Below are positions 34,201-47,365 of a stretch of DNA of 64,000 nucleotides, one piece after another. Position 1 is the first letter of the stretch; every line of letters begins with the position of its first letter. The stretch is from Lytechinus pictus (lineage: Eukaryota). Where the stretch lies: the NCBI RefSeq assembly GCF_037042905.1, contig NC_087247.1, positions 21,948,001-22,012,000 on the forward strand. Reading direction: 5' to 3'. The notes below the pieces were generated by a model, which searched no databases, was not told the DNA's origin, and saw only the letters and a program-made list of their open reading frames with translations. The position numbers were made by a program, and so were the translations under genes.

Positions 34201-37101
34201 GCCAATGTGAGGTTTGTGAAGCACTGTACAAGAAAAAACAAAGATGGTAAAAATGAATGATAGTCAAAACTCTTTGTGAACTTCACTGTGACATATTTTG
34301 CTTTGTAATGATTCTCAGTACAACTTGACTTTAAAGAAGGAACATAATGCTGGCTATTTAGGAACATACAGTGATCAAAGGGGCCACAGTAGACAGTCAC
34401 ATGATATTTGGCACAATTTTTACTCAAGGTGATCCTTTAATATTTCCCATCAAAAGGGATTGAACGCATTTCATCATGTTCATAGACCTACAATTGCTGC
34501 TAAGTCATGTTTATTTCAAAATTCACACATTGGATAAACGGTCAAAGTAACCAAAATGGTCACATTTTGATTATGTACTATTAGTAATATCATATTGAAT
34601 TAAATAATCTGTCACTGATTATGATTGATACAACAAATCTTACAAAAATATAGAGCAAGAACATTGGAATACTTTTGATACATGTAATTGTCATTGCTAA
34701 TTGTAGGGACCAAAAGTGAAAATGACCACTAAGTAGTCATTAAGACTGATATATTCTAAATCATTGTATTAATCTGGTGCAGAAAGTTTTTGTAATATGT
34801 CCTATCTAACATCATTCTTGAATTCGTTCCCATGAATTACAAAATGGTCAATGTGCCTGAAATCATGAAAATGACCAAAGTGCATGGTCAAACAACCTTA
34901 TATATACTTGATGTAAAGGTTTTTATCACATTCATTAAACTCTTGATTATTGGTGTAGTGGCTCACGCTGAAAATTATATTACGCAACATTTGAGCCCTT
35001 TTTAAATCAAATAATGTGTGGTCACTAGAAATTATTGAGGAAAAGTGATCAAAATTACCACAAATTCCAATAGTTCGGCCAATAACACTGATTCATATGG
35101 AATCATTGCATTGATTTTCACCCAAAAGCTTTCAAACTTTTCCCATTTAACAATAATTGATGCTAATATTAACACAATCCTGAATTGTCTCCTCACTATG
35201 TTCACGAAAGGCTAATTTAGTATACACATTGGGCAGGGGACAATCTGGCCAAAATGACCAAGGTTGTCAAAATATTTTTGGGACACTCAATTTAAATGAT
35301 TAATACACCAGTGTTAGGTGTCACAGCACACCCTTGTAACGATTATAGTAACATTCAAAGTATTTTTGGATAAATTGAAGTATTGAACAGATGGTATTAG
35401 TCATTTGGGGGCCAAAAAGTGGCCAAAATGACCATGGGGTCCTTAAGACTGACATATTGGGAATCAGCATGAAATTCTACACAAGAACGACCTATGCATC
35501 ATTCCCATTTTATAAAGGAGGAAGATAAAGCACACTGAAGACCTCAAATTCCTGCCGATTTGCACAGTTATTATGCAAAATTGCACGAATGGTCAGTTAC
35601 CCAAAATGGCCCTCATAGGTCAAAAGTATAAACTAATGATATAAATTCCATGAGGTCAAAATACTTTTGAAATGTTCATTTCAAAGGATTAATACACCAA
35701 TGTTAGATGTCACTTAGATGTCACAGCACATCCTGGTAACGATTCTGGTAACATTGAGGTCTTTTGGATAAATTGAACTGATGTTATTTGTCATTTTTAT
35801 GGCCATAAGTGGCCAAAATGACAATAAGGTGTTCAATAGGGTCATTGAGGCTGATATATTTAGAATCAGCATAATATTCTATACAAGATGGACATTTGCA
35901 TTCCCATTTTATAAGGGAAGAAGATAAAACACGCTGAAGACCTCAAATTCCTGCCTATGTGCGAATGGTCAGTTATGTCTAAAGTACCCCCAAATGACCC
36001 TCATAGGTCAAAACTGATGGAATGAGGTCAAAATAATTTTGAGATGTTCAATTTAAAGGATTAACACACCCCAATGTTAGGTGTCGCAACACACCCTTGT
36101 AACGATTCTGGTAACGTTCGAAGTATTTGGGGTAAAATGAACTGTATATGTGCACTTTATTATGCAAAACGTCGTGAATGGTCAGTTATGTATAAAGTAC
36201 CCCCAAATGACCCTCATAGGTCAAAACTGATGGAATGAATTACATAAGGTCAAAATACTTTGTGAGATGTTCAACTTAAAGGATTAACACACCAATGTTG
36301 GCATGATTAGGTGTCGCAGCACACTTGTAATGGTTCTGGTAACGTTCAAAGTATTTGGGGGTAAAATTAACTGATGTCATTGGCCATTTTAAGAGCCATA
36401 AGTGGTCAAAATGACCACAAGCTATTAAATAAGTTTATTATGACTGATATATTTGGAATCAGCATAAAATTCTACACAAGTAGGACATTTAAATGCATTC
36501 TCATTTTATAAGGGAAGAAGATAAAACATGCTAAAGACCTCAATTTCCTGCCTATTTAAACAGTTAATAATGCAAACTGCGCGAATGGTGAGTTATGTCT
36601 AAAGTACCCAAAATGACCCTCATAGGTCAAAACTGACGGAATAAATTACATGAGGTTGATGGTTATGAATTAGCGCACATTTTGAAAATAGATGTGGATT
36701 TCTAAAAAACATCCAGTCGTAGCTCTGATCAATATTTGTAACACATTTCGGCCAAAAAAATCATGAAAATTGTCATTTTTGGCCAAATTATGGCCAAGAT
36801 GACCACTGCTATTGCGATTTGGCAAATGAAAGCACTTTATCTGAAATTTGTGTGCATTTTTACTTAAGATATACCCTTTTAATTGCATGTGGCTACAAAA
36901 GCAGTCTGTTAAAGGACCATTTTCCAAAGAGTGGTCAAAATTGTCATTTTTGGTCAAAATTTGGCCAAAATGACCAAAAATGGCGTGAGTACGGTCAATA
37001 AGAGTGACATTTTTGGAATCAGCGCACAATTTTACCCCGGATAAGCTTGTCAAACCTTCCACACCAAAAATTCTGAATAAAGCCCCCTATCTCCTAGACT
37101 A
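31243..37101. mobile_element. 5.86-kb non-autonomous foldback DNA transposon (TAG...CTA ends, TTA TSD; Academ-like or Harbinger-like)
   Basis: TAGTCTAGGAGATAGGGGGCTTTATTCAGAATTTTTGGTG at 31243 is the reverse complement of the end at 37101. TTA lies at 31240-31242 and 37102-37104. Inverted homology continues to ~34062/34192. Confidence 0.92.
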
Positions 37102-39130
37102 TTAAAGATTAACCGTTGTCATGAACACATTCATGTCCAGAAAGAGTATCCTTGCCCAAATAATATGATGCTATTTTCATGTGGGATATGTTCATTGCCT
37201 GGCATGGATAACCAGTAGGAAATCTTTGCTGAGTTGTAAAATTAGATTTTACATCACATCCTGATTACCGGGTATCAAAGCATTTGCAATGTAAAAATTA
37301 TTTAGAATTATTTGGGAGAAGTTACATTTTAATAGTTGTGTGTTCATGATGTGTTTTGTCAGTAACTTTGTGATTTTTTAGGTGAAATTTTTTAATGACT
37401 CACTCGGGACATCAAAATAGCATATAAGATAAGATATAAGATATTTTTAAATTCTACAACTTGAGAAATAATAATACATTGTATAGCGCACTTTCCATCT
37501 TGATTAGATGCTCAAAGTCAAGGCGCTTCAGAGCAGAACAAAACAAAAAACTATTTACATATAATACATGTCTGAACTATAAGTCAATGTCTATCAAAAA
37601 TCAATCTTGAATCATATTATCTTTAAAACAGGTTTGACAATTGATTTTTTTTTTCTCCAAAGAACGTTTCACATGTAATATGATTTAATGATGTAATATG
37701 AATAAGCATGTCACATGAATAACAGTCCACACGAATAGCAAATAAAATATGAAGCTGACAAATGGAACAGCATGCATGGGAACATGAGTGTCATATGTGA
37801 CAATGAATTTCACATCTAAACATTTGTAAATATGAAGATAAAATACACATAGAAGATATTAATACACATGACTGAAAAAAGGAGTGAGAAAAGGGTCAGG
37901 TGACTGTGCATTGCAACAGAAGCAGCAGGAATCTATCTGTTATAGCAACAATAACTAAACACATTCTCAAAGCAAACTTTTTTTTTTTTAATCTTCAATT
38001 TATGTGAACAAATGAATATTTTCATACATGATAACAAAAATACATGTACACAGCCCTTCAAAAGCTTGGGAATACCTGTATCTAAATCATTGAAGCACTA
38101 TAAACTACATCATAGCAAAGAAAATTGCTCAGGTACATGCAGCGCAACTATGACCTTTGACCTGCAGGCAAGATTTTGTAAGAAATCTTGTTTGAATCAC
38201 TTTTCTTGGCCCAAATAGAAATCCTAATGTCAGGTTTGCTACTGAAAATGTAAAAGCAAAAAAAAAAACAGTAATAAAAATGCTGCTGGAGGAAATCTAT
38301 TCCAATTTTACATAAAATAATTTTAAAACTCTATTTCTTTTTGTGATTGAAACTGAAGATATTTCCCTCGGTATTAAAATAGTCAATCACTAAGACAAAC
38401 TACACAGATCTTATCAAAGAGATCAGATGCAGTTTAAGTTCAATTTTGATAATAAAAACAGTAGCGCAGAATGCTAAGATTATTACACCTGTACTACCTG
38501 CAGTATTAACATGTAAACATGTAGATATGTTTTTAATTGCTAAAAGGAAACTCAATAAACTTTTGCTACCATTACTTTATATGGTAAAACTCAGGGTTAT
38601 TTCTTTTCCTCATTTTACCCTGTACAAGAACTCTCATAGAAATAGACTTAGAAATTGATTCTTCGGCATTTGTTTCTTCTCACTACTATCTCATGCTGAG
38701 TTTTCATAATAATACATGGCCCAGCATTTGGGCCCGGCCTTTGGACAGCCTCTGACAGGCTTTCAGGCATTTTACAGGTCTGCTGGTCAAAGGTGGTAAC
38801 GGCCATACCTGATCAAATTTTGATGCAGTCAGGTTTAAAATACTCCTAGATGGTTGAAATCATTGACAAACTTTCATGATCATAGGATGCAATACTGGTA
38901 AATAAACTAAAATCTACCAATTCTATCAATATTAAAGGTGTTCCTAATCATAAGGGGAGTGTATAGTATCAAAAAAAAAAATTCCTTCAGTTAACAAAGA
39001 TTTTATTTTGCACACCTCGCAAAGTACATGTCATTTCAAAGTGTGAAACAGTAATATAGCATAAGTACAGAACCAAATTATTTTCCTTCCCATTTCTTCT
39101 GTTTGAATTTTAGTCTGTCAATATTATATA

Positions 39131-39340
39131 CAGTGGTGCTAAAAAGTTAGTGAACCCCACTAGAAAATGCACTCTTTTATGCTGAGCTGAGCATAGACAA
39201 CAACACTACAATGTCCGGCGAGCCCAGATAAAAAAACTCTGTTGAATGTAATATTTTAAATGTCTAAAAGAAGGCATAATTTGAACACTTTCAAATATAT
39301 TCATTTTCTGGTGGGGTTCACTAACTTCTCAGCACCACGG
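39131..39340. mobile_element. Tc1/mariner-type MITE
   Basis: TA|CAGTGGTGCTAAAAAGTTAGTGAACCCCAC ... GTGGGGTTCACTAACTTCTCAGCACCACGG|TA. Confidence 0.88.
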
Positions 39341-41654
39341 TACATACATGCAAGTACATATATACAAATAAAATCTTACGTAACGGTAATATAGAAATAC
39401 AACATAAATATTTCAAATATAAATATCAAAATAGGCAAGATAACTGTCTATATACAATAAGGGTTATGTCAAATAGTAACACGAAACAATTCAATAGAAA
39501 CTACACTTAAATGTATACTTATGAACATCTTCAATGGGAATATCAAAAAGGGCAGAACACTGGGGATGGATCCATGCCTTGTAATAATCACATCTCACCC
39601 ACTTGATCATCATTGATCAACATACATTCTGGATATACATACAACTCATCCTCTACTATTGTACTCTTCTCACTTCACTTAATACCACTCTTGTTCTTCT
39701 TTCTCTCAATCCCTACCTCTCTTTCTTACTTCTCTTTCGCTTTCCACTCATAAATTTCTCTAATCCACTCTAACTTCTATTTCATTCTTATCTCCAGTGT
39801 TTTAAATATCCTCTCTCCAAGTTCTTGCTGTCTTTTTTATTGCTCCTTTTCAAATTCCTTCCTTCTCTCCGTTTCAACTCTCTTGTGGTCACGCTCCTCC
39901 TTTCACTGTTTTCCCTCTCCTCTGCTCCACAGCATATCTGATAAACGCCTCTCCACTAATTGCCTCAGGCAGATGTCTTTTTCATCTCCTTTGATTCGCG
40001 AATTAAATCATATAAACAAGGTATTCTTCTACCAACGTCGAGATGAACATCTTGTTTAGAGGTCTCTCTAGACATGGAGCTACACCATGGATACAAGAGG
40101 GATCCATGGTGCTACCAACTCCATATTCCCGATGGGGCTGACAATGAAGACGGTGCATCATTGTCAGGTTCATCGGGTTGAGATGACCTCATGTCATCAT
40201 CCTCGGGAATGAACGCATCATTCCAGGATGATGGAATTTCTCTTCCTGGGGTATCCTATCCATACGATCGACAAAGCAATACAGGTCCGCTGGGCAAAGT
40301 AGATCTTAACTGAATGCTTTGTAAATTGATAGATTCCTGCAGCTTGAAAGAAGCAGCAATTGTTGGCTTTCACAGGAGCTCCTGCCAAGCGCTCACAAAC
40401 GTGTTAGAGAATGTTGTTCTTGTGATGTATTCACTGGGATTACAGTAATGGAACAGCTCCTCTGCTCTGTTCGACGATGCCTTCAGAGATTGGAACACCG
40501 ACACATCACACTGCTGGATGATGTGCGTCGCATTGGGAGGAAATCAGTCCAAAAGAATCTAATTGGCCTCACAACGCTTGGCTACCGCCAGGGTCTGATG
40601 TGCTAAAAGGCCATCAATGAGCAGGGGCACTGAAAGGGTCACTCTCATCTGGACCAGATAGGGCTGGAAAAGATTAGCAATGAAACCATTAAAGGCTTTA
40701 CTATCCATCCAGCCTTTTGGTCCTAGCAAAGAAAGAGCCCCTTGGAACTCATTGGTATGCTGTTCCATCACCCTGGTATCCAATCACTAGTGGCAAAAAA
40801 ACTGCCACCCGCGCATGCTGTTACAAGCACATTTACCTGCCCTTTGTCAGCCTCCTTAAACTGCTAAACTACCCACTCTCCTTTAAGGGACAAGACCAAG
40901 TCCGATGCTCTACCACCAAGGAGGAAGCCTGATTTGTCAGCATTGAACAGCAGATCCAGCTCCTCAGGAATGCTTCTTGCATTGTGTGCTTCTAAGAATT
41001 CCTCCAATTCTTGCAACCCATCTGTGAATGGAGGAGAAACAAAAATGTATTGGGAATGGCATCACTTATTACATTTTGTCCAAATTTATTTGAGTAATAT
41101 ATTGGTTGTATTTAATAGGCAATTAATGAAAATCTTGATGAAATGTATGGGCAAAATGTCATATTCATGGAAACTGACTCATTTCCTAGGAGAATTAAAA
41201 TATTGATGGAAGAAGAAGAGGAGGGCATATAAGCAACATGTTGCTTAGTAAAGGAATACATATTACACCAATTTTAACTTGAAATATACATGATTGTGAA
41301 GACATACCTGTTTATTTGATTCTTGGTAACTTCTGTACACTCCTTTCCAATTGATTGTGGCTTGCAGAATACTAATTTAGGATGCTCGGCATGAAAACGG
41401 TTCCACCTACATCCCCAAGTTGCTACTCCACAAAAAGGGGTTCGACCTGCCATCTATGTAAAACATTTTCTTCATGACCTGATTAGGAAGGAGAGGGGCA
41501 AAGATTATGATTTATTCTCTATGTTTTTTTATTGGAGTCAATATCATTTGTAATTTTCTTGAAAGATCATAGAAAGTGATAAATGTTAAATATTAACCAT
41601 TAGTTAATTCATGTATGAGCTATAGAGTAATTTATATACTTATACCATTATTAA

Positions 41655-43519
41655 AGGTGTACTCTGAGCTGAATATATCTAACAATGAAGTAAAATCCAC
41701 AGAGCAAAATGCTGAAAATGTCATCAAAGTTTGATAACAATAACTTTAAATTTTAAAGTTTTATTTATTTATTTATTTATTACGTCTTATTTTACCAGGG
41801 TGACTCTGTCAGTGGTTCAAACACTGTTATACTTAGAGGCCCTGGAATACAATAACAAAAAATACATTAGAAAACAATTACAGAACATGCACATAAAACT
41901 TATTGTCATCTACATATAGTTCAGTGGAGTGGAATCAGCAACCACATGGTGTCAGGCACGTGAAATTGTTTATTGGTATACTAAAGTTGGTTAGAAATAT
42001 ATATATGTAAGATATATTTTACTGTATTAGGTGAGTTAGTCATTTACTAAAGGAATTTCATGAGGGGTGTTACCTAGTTTTGGGTCACTTTCCAGAATCT
42101 TGCAGTAAATGTGTGTTTAGAAGGTGCCTGCCTTACATCATGCGGTAAACGATTCCACTCCACTGCACCAACATGGGAAAAAGCTTGTTTGCCAGAATTT
42201 GTCCTTGCTTTTGGTATCAAAAGTCCATCAGTTATTGCAGCTCTGGTTCTGTAACTATGAATAGAATTCGCTTTGTCAAATAAATTGGTCAGGTAATTTG
42301 GTGCCTGACCATTTATAGCTTTGTATACTAGCTTACATCTTTGCATTTTCCACTGATTTTCAATTGATGTCCAGTTCAACTGACTCAAAACATAATCTGT
42401 GGAAGTACGTGTACCAACTCCAAGGACAATTCGTGCCATTCTTTTATGTTGTTTCACAAGCGACTCTTTGGTCGCAATTGCACAATTTGACCAAGCAGTG
42501 CTGGAGTAGTCGAACAATGGCAATACCAGAGCATTTGCTAGCATATTGATACTATCTAGTGGTAAAAATTGTTTCAATCTTCTCAATAGAGCTAATCTAG
42601 GTCCAATTGTTTTACTAACATGTTGTAAGTGATCCTTCCAATTTAGGGCAGGATCTAATATTACACCTAAGTATTTGTAGCTGTCTACTTGCAGTACTAC
42701 ATGATTGTCCAAATGTAATGAAAGGGGTCTGTTCGTACTTGCTAATTTCTGGGGTGTTCCAAAAATCATAAATTGTGTCTTAGTGGGGTCTAATCTTAGT
42801 CCATTATTATTAACCCAGTTACTGATGTGTTTCAAATCTTCGTTAAGTACAGTTTCGAGATCTTCAATTTTCTTTGCACTGTAAAAGATAATAGTATCGT
42901 CAGCGTACATCATCACACTACTTTTTGAGGTAACTTTAGGAAGGTCGTTCACCATAATCGAGAATAGGAGGGATCCGAGTATTGATCCCTGCGGTACCCC
43001 GGTTACTATAGTACCCCATGTGGACTCGGCATCCCTTACAGTTAAGCAATATTTTGAGGGAAAAAAGTTATATTCGGATCATGAATATTCATTAGGTGGG
43101 CTGATGATGTCACATCCTCACTTTCCTTTTTCTTATGTTATTACATAAATGTCCTTTTTATCATATGGCAAGTGTGAATGATATATCTTCCTTATAATGA
43201 AATAATTTGCAGCAATGAATATCTAATGCACTATTAAATCAGTTGTTAATCCTTTTTTCTTTTAGTTCTTGATGGAAAAAATTGAATAAACCTAATTTCA
43301 TACAATAAAATACCAAAGAACAAGTGGGGATACCATATCATCAGTTTGCTCATTGAATAATCATGAAGACATGCCCAGAACTGTTTCACCAAAAGAATGC
43401 AAATCTTCAAAATGCCTTCACTTTGTTATTCCTTGTCCAATTTCGATCATATTTTCAGTGCTTTGTCTGATTTTTCTTTATATGTTCAAATTGTGTTATC
43501 TTCAGCCTCGAGTACCCCT
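41655..43519. mobile_element. Kolobok-like MITE split by the LINE insertion
   Basis: TTAA|AGGTGTACTCTGAGCTGAA ... TTCAGCCTCGAGTACCCCT|TCAA; the halves (41655-41760 and ~43043-43519) flank the LINE. Confidence 0.65.
41761..43042 (-). mobile_element. 5'-truncated non-LTR retrotransposon (CR1-group, Crack/L2-like): RT C-terminal half, 3' UTR and (TAAA)n tail
   Basis: Uninterrupted frame GVPQGSILGSLLFSIMVNDL...MYADDT...YKYLGVILD...WNRLP to the stop at 42074. The 3' end reads CCAGGGC...CCCTGGTAAAATAAGACG(TAAA)n. Confidence 0.92.
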
Positions 43520-43559
43520 TCAATCTAATGAGTTTTCTAACTTCATGTCTATTTATCAT

Positions 43560-43962
43560 TACTATAGATGTCATTAGTTGCATTATTGTAATTATTAGCA
43601 GTATTACAGATTATAGATCATTGTAATTATCATGGTATTATAATTTTTTTATTAACAATGATATCATTGCTGTTATTATTATTATCATTATTAATAAATT
43701 ATTATTATTATCAAATTATTACTATCATTATCATAANNNNNNNNNNNNNNNNNNNNNNNNNNNNNNNNNNNNNNNNNNNNNNNNNNNNNNNNNNNNNNNN
43801 NNNNNNNNNNNNNNNNNNNNNNNNNNNNNNNNNNNNNNNNNNNNNNNNNNNNNNNNNNNNNNNNNNNNNNNNNNNNNNNNNNGATTATGATGATTGCTAT
43901 TATAATCATTATCATTATTATTCTAATTATCATATTATTATATTATAATTATAATACTATAA
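43560..43962. repeat. (ATT/ATC)n microsatellite surrounding an N run (43737-43881)
   Basis: Directly visible. Confidence 0.9.
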
Positions 43963-44053
43963 TAAGCAGCAGTGGCTCAGTAACCTTTAACAATATTACC
44001 AGAATTACAATATTGTCATGATTATTACTGTTGTCCCTTTTCATGGCTTTTAA

Positions 44054-44650
44054 AGGACAAGTCCACCCTGGGCAACAAAAAGTTGGTTTGAATAAAAAGA
44101 GAAAAATCCAACAAGCATAATACTAAAAATTTCATCAAAATCGGATGTAAAATATGAAAGTTATGACATTTTAAAGTTTTGCTTAATATCACAAAACAGT
44201 TATATGCACATCCAGGTGGGTATGCAAATGAGGAGACTGATGATGTCATTCACTCACTATTTCTTTTGTATTTTATAATATGAAATAGGGAATATTCTAT
44301 TTTTTCTCCTCATTGTCAAGTGAAACAACAATTAATTCCTCCCTGAACAAATGGAATGAGCATTGTTTAATACTATATGACTCAGGCAAGTTGGTCCTTA
44401 TTGTCAAATCTGTAAAAAGTGAAATAATGTATAATTCAAACAATAAAAAACAAAAAAAATAGTGAGTGAGGGACACCATCGACTTTCTCATTTGAGTTGT
44501 GCATATCACTGTTTTGTGAAAATTAGCAAAACTTTAAAGTGTCATAACTTTCTTATTTTACATCCGATTTTGATGAAATTTTCAGCGTTTTGCTAGTTGG
44601 ATTTTTCTCTATTTATTCAAATTAACATTTTTCTGGGGTGGACTTGACTT
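44054..44650. mobile_element. Kolobok-like palindromic MITE with TTAA TSD
   Basis: TTAA|AGGACAAGTCCACCC ... GGGTGGACTTGACTT|TTAA, with inverted arms over 150 bp. Confidence 0.85.
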
Positions 44651-45279
44651 TTAAAAGAAGAAAATACTTTTTTTCTTAATTACAATCAAGAAGTACTATG
44701 AAGAAGTATTTTGCTTACGGATTGGGTATCTCCTCTAGTCTGACCAAAACTGATTCTTCCCAGTTTTCCACAGTCCAGACCACAATCTCCTCTTCCTCCT
44801 TCTTCATCAGGTAAGGTAACAGACTAAATTTGGCCATGACTGGTGCTTTTCTCGAGAACTTATCCCACACTATTTCTGATTGATAGCTCTCCAAAGCGAA
44901 TTATTTGCAATGCCGAGTTGATGTCTTCTTGCCTTCATTTCAGCGTAGGGGCATGATCTAAGGGTGAAATCACATTTATATTCAATAAATTTAAAAGTAT
45001 AGAGTATTTATCAAAAATTAATATTTTACTAGAACAAACAGACTAGACTATCATGTTGACATCAACTACTTCAGACTAATGACATATTCATCTGTCGGTC
45101 ATTATCTTAACTTTTAACCTCACCATCATGTTAGTTCACCAACTTCATTTTAATTGTTTCCTTCATTATTACAGTTATTATTTAACCGTCAACATTTTCC
45201 TTCAGAACATCTTCACCATTACCATCTTCAGAACTATAATGATACAAACTTGAGAACCAATAGTCAGTGAAATCACAAC

Positions 45280-47365
45280 CAGCTACCACTATCATCACCA
45301 TCACTATCATCATCACAGCCATCATTCATCCTTACCATACTCTCAATCATTATTATCATCATCATCACCACCAATACGTCACGGTCATTGTTATCACAAA
45401 TGTGATAATAACATGATAATCATTAAGATTGTTAATCATCACTACCAACACACCAATTATTATCACTATCTACAAATCATTAACATCACAACCTAACAAC
45501 GACCACCATCATCATCAATCATCATCATCGTCATCATCATCATCATCACTATAGGATATTGTATTGCGCACATATCCACCCAGTTAGGTGCACAACGCGC
45601 TCCTATATTATCCCGGCGAAGCTCAGCAACCAGTTCAGGTGCTCACAGCGTTTTGAGGAATTACTATGCCATGGATTGGATTCAAACTCACAGTCCTGTT
45701 TCAAAGTCTGGAGATTAATCCACTGGGCCACAACGTTTCATATCAAATAATCATCATCATCATCATTAGTCACTAGTCATCATCATCATTTACATCCTGA
45801 TATTATTCATTTGGAATATCATCATCACCATCCCCCTAATTTCTTAATGACAGTCGTCATCAACTCATTATCACCATCATTAACATCATTGACATCACTC
45901 ATATCATTGTCATCACCATCACCTGCCCACCATAACTATTCCACCATTACTAATATCATCAATTTATCATTATCATTTACATTATTACCATTTTTTTTAA
46001 ACTACACCACAGCCATGCATGATCATCAATCATCAGTAATCGTTATCAGTGTCATCATCATCATTAGACCCGGGAGGAAAAGCTCGGAATCATTGAAGCA
46101 TTCAATCAGTTAACCATCAGTCAGCAACAGGCTTCTACTTTTTACACTAATCGAATGTTGATTACTGATTAATAAGAAATATGAGAGTACATGGCTGTAA
46201 TCTTTGAAAAATGAGAATGCAAAATAACAAATGAAATTTATCCCAAAATTCTATGAATTCCAAACATTGTAACTCTTTCAAGACAAAACATTAGACAATG
46301 AGGTAGAGCTGTACCAGCGGCTGTGCATCATTCATCTGTATTGATGTGCAAGTAAATGGGCGCTGTACTGGGACACTCGACTGAGTCAGCTTCGAGTCAG
46401 CTCACTCATTACGCGTGACCACCTGTTAAGAAGGTAAACTTTTTTGTGATTTCTGATTATCCAGGAATCTGGATTGTTCTAACCATTCGATCGTTTACCC
46501 TGTCATACAATCCAATGTCAAAAAGAGTATTTATCCCAGGCCCAGGACTAATAATCATCAATCACTATCATCATCATTCTCCCCAATTATCATCATCATG
46601 GATCCCCATCATCATCACAATCATCATCATTATCATCATCAATTATACTCATAACCAGCAGCAGCAGCATCATCATCATCAAGATCATTCACTTATTTTA
46701 GATCATCATCACCATCCGTAACATTATATTATCACCATCTACAAAGTCATTTACTTCATAACCCATCATCATAATTAGGATGATGATGTCTGATTATTAC
46801 GAATACGATCATGATTGATGATAATGATGATCACGATGATAATGAATGATTGTTCATCATCATCATGATGAAAAACAACATTTATTTTGATGATAAATGA
46901 TTGATGATGATGATCATAATCATTTAGATCACAACATTATTAATTTAGATTATCATCACCACAATCCCCACTGGCTCATAAATTATCAATCGATAATTAT
47001 CATCAAAATCCATCATATACTCATATTACCTTGTTCATTAAGTGATAGACATGCAGGAATAACCGTCGTTTCTGGGGATTTATTCAACAATTTCTGACAT
47101 TTTACTATCATCCCCATTCTTGAGTTAACACAGTTCAGCGTAACAACCAAAACAGAGACTGAAGCTTTTAGTCTAATTAAATGAGTGATCCAGACAATCA
47201 TCATCTTCATGATCATGTCGTCATCATGGTCATGAAGACATGATCATCAGAAAATGGAAATCATCATATTATTTAAAAAATATCATCATCATCATCATCA
47301 GACATCATCATCAATTTATCATCACCATCACCATTTAGATCAATACATCATTCATTAATCACCAC
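45280..47365. repeat. Patchy degenerate (CAT)n low-complexity region
   Basis: Multiple CAT/ATC tracts interspersed with unique sequence. Confidence 0.8.
45557..45735 (-). mobile_element. tRNA-derived SINE, internally deleted
   Basis: Minus strand shows A-box TGGCCCAGTGG, anticodon-like arm GACTTTGAAAC, B-box GTTTGAATCC and an L2-like 3' end TGCGCAATACAA. Confidence 0.7.

Larger units (their letters stand above)
39555..44957 (-). pseudogene. Decayed pogo/Tigger-type transposase gene (HTH_psq, CENP-B-type HTH, DDE_1, charged tail, PHD-like remnant) in three exon blocks: 44957-44719, 41478-41308, 41021-~39555
   Basis: Hand translation gives RQEDINSALQIIRFGELSIR, PYLMKKEEEEIVVW, GRISFGQTRGDTQS|VMKKMFYIDGRSNPF, HPKLVFCKPQSIGKE, LFNADKSGF, KGWMDSKAF, LLIDG, PPNATHIIQQCDVSVFQSLK and WVRCDYYKAWIHPQC, with multiple stops and frameshifts. 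Confidence 0.85.

Noticed and set aside
31379-37062. ORFs 31379..31606 and 36670..37062 as a possible transposase
   Set aside because: They are mirror-image translations of the two TIRs, with no catalytic motifs.
45660-45735. tRNA-Gln-like gene
   Set aside because: A and B boxes are present, but the cloverleaf is degenerate and runs into a SINE body and tail.
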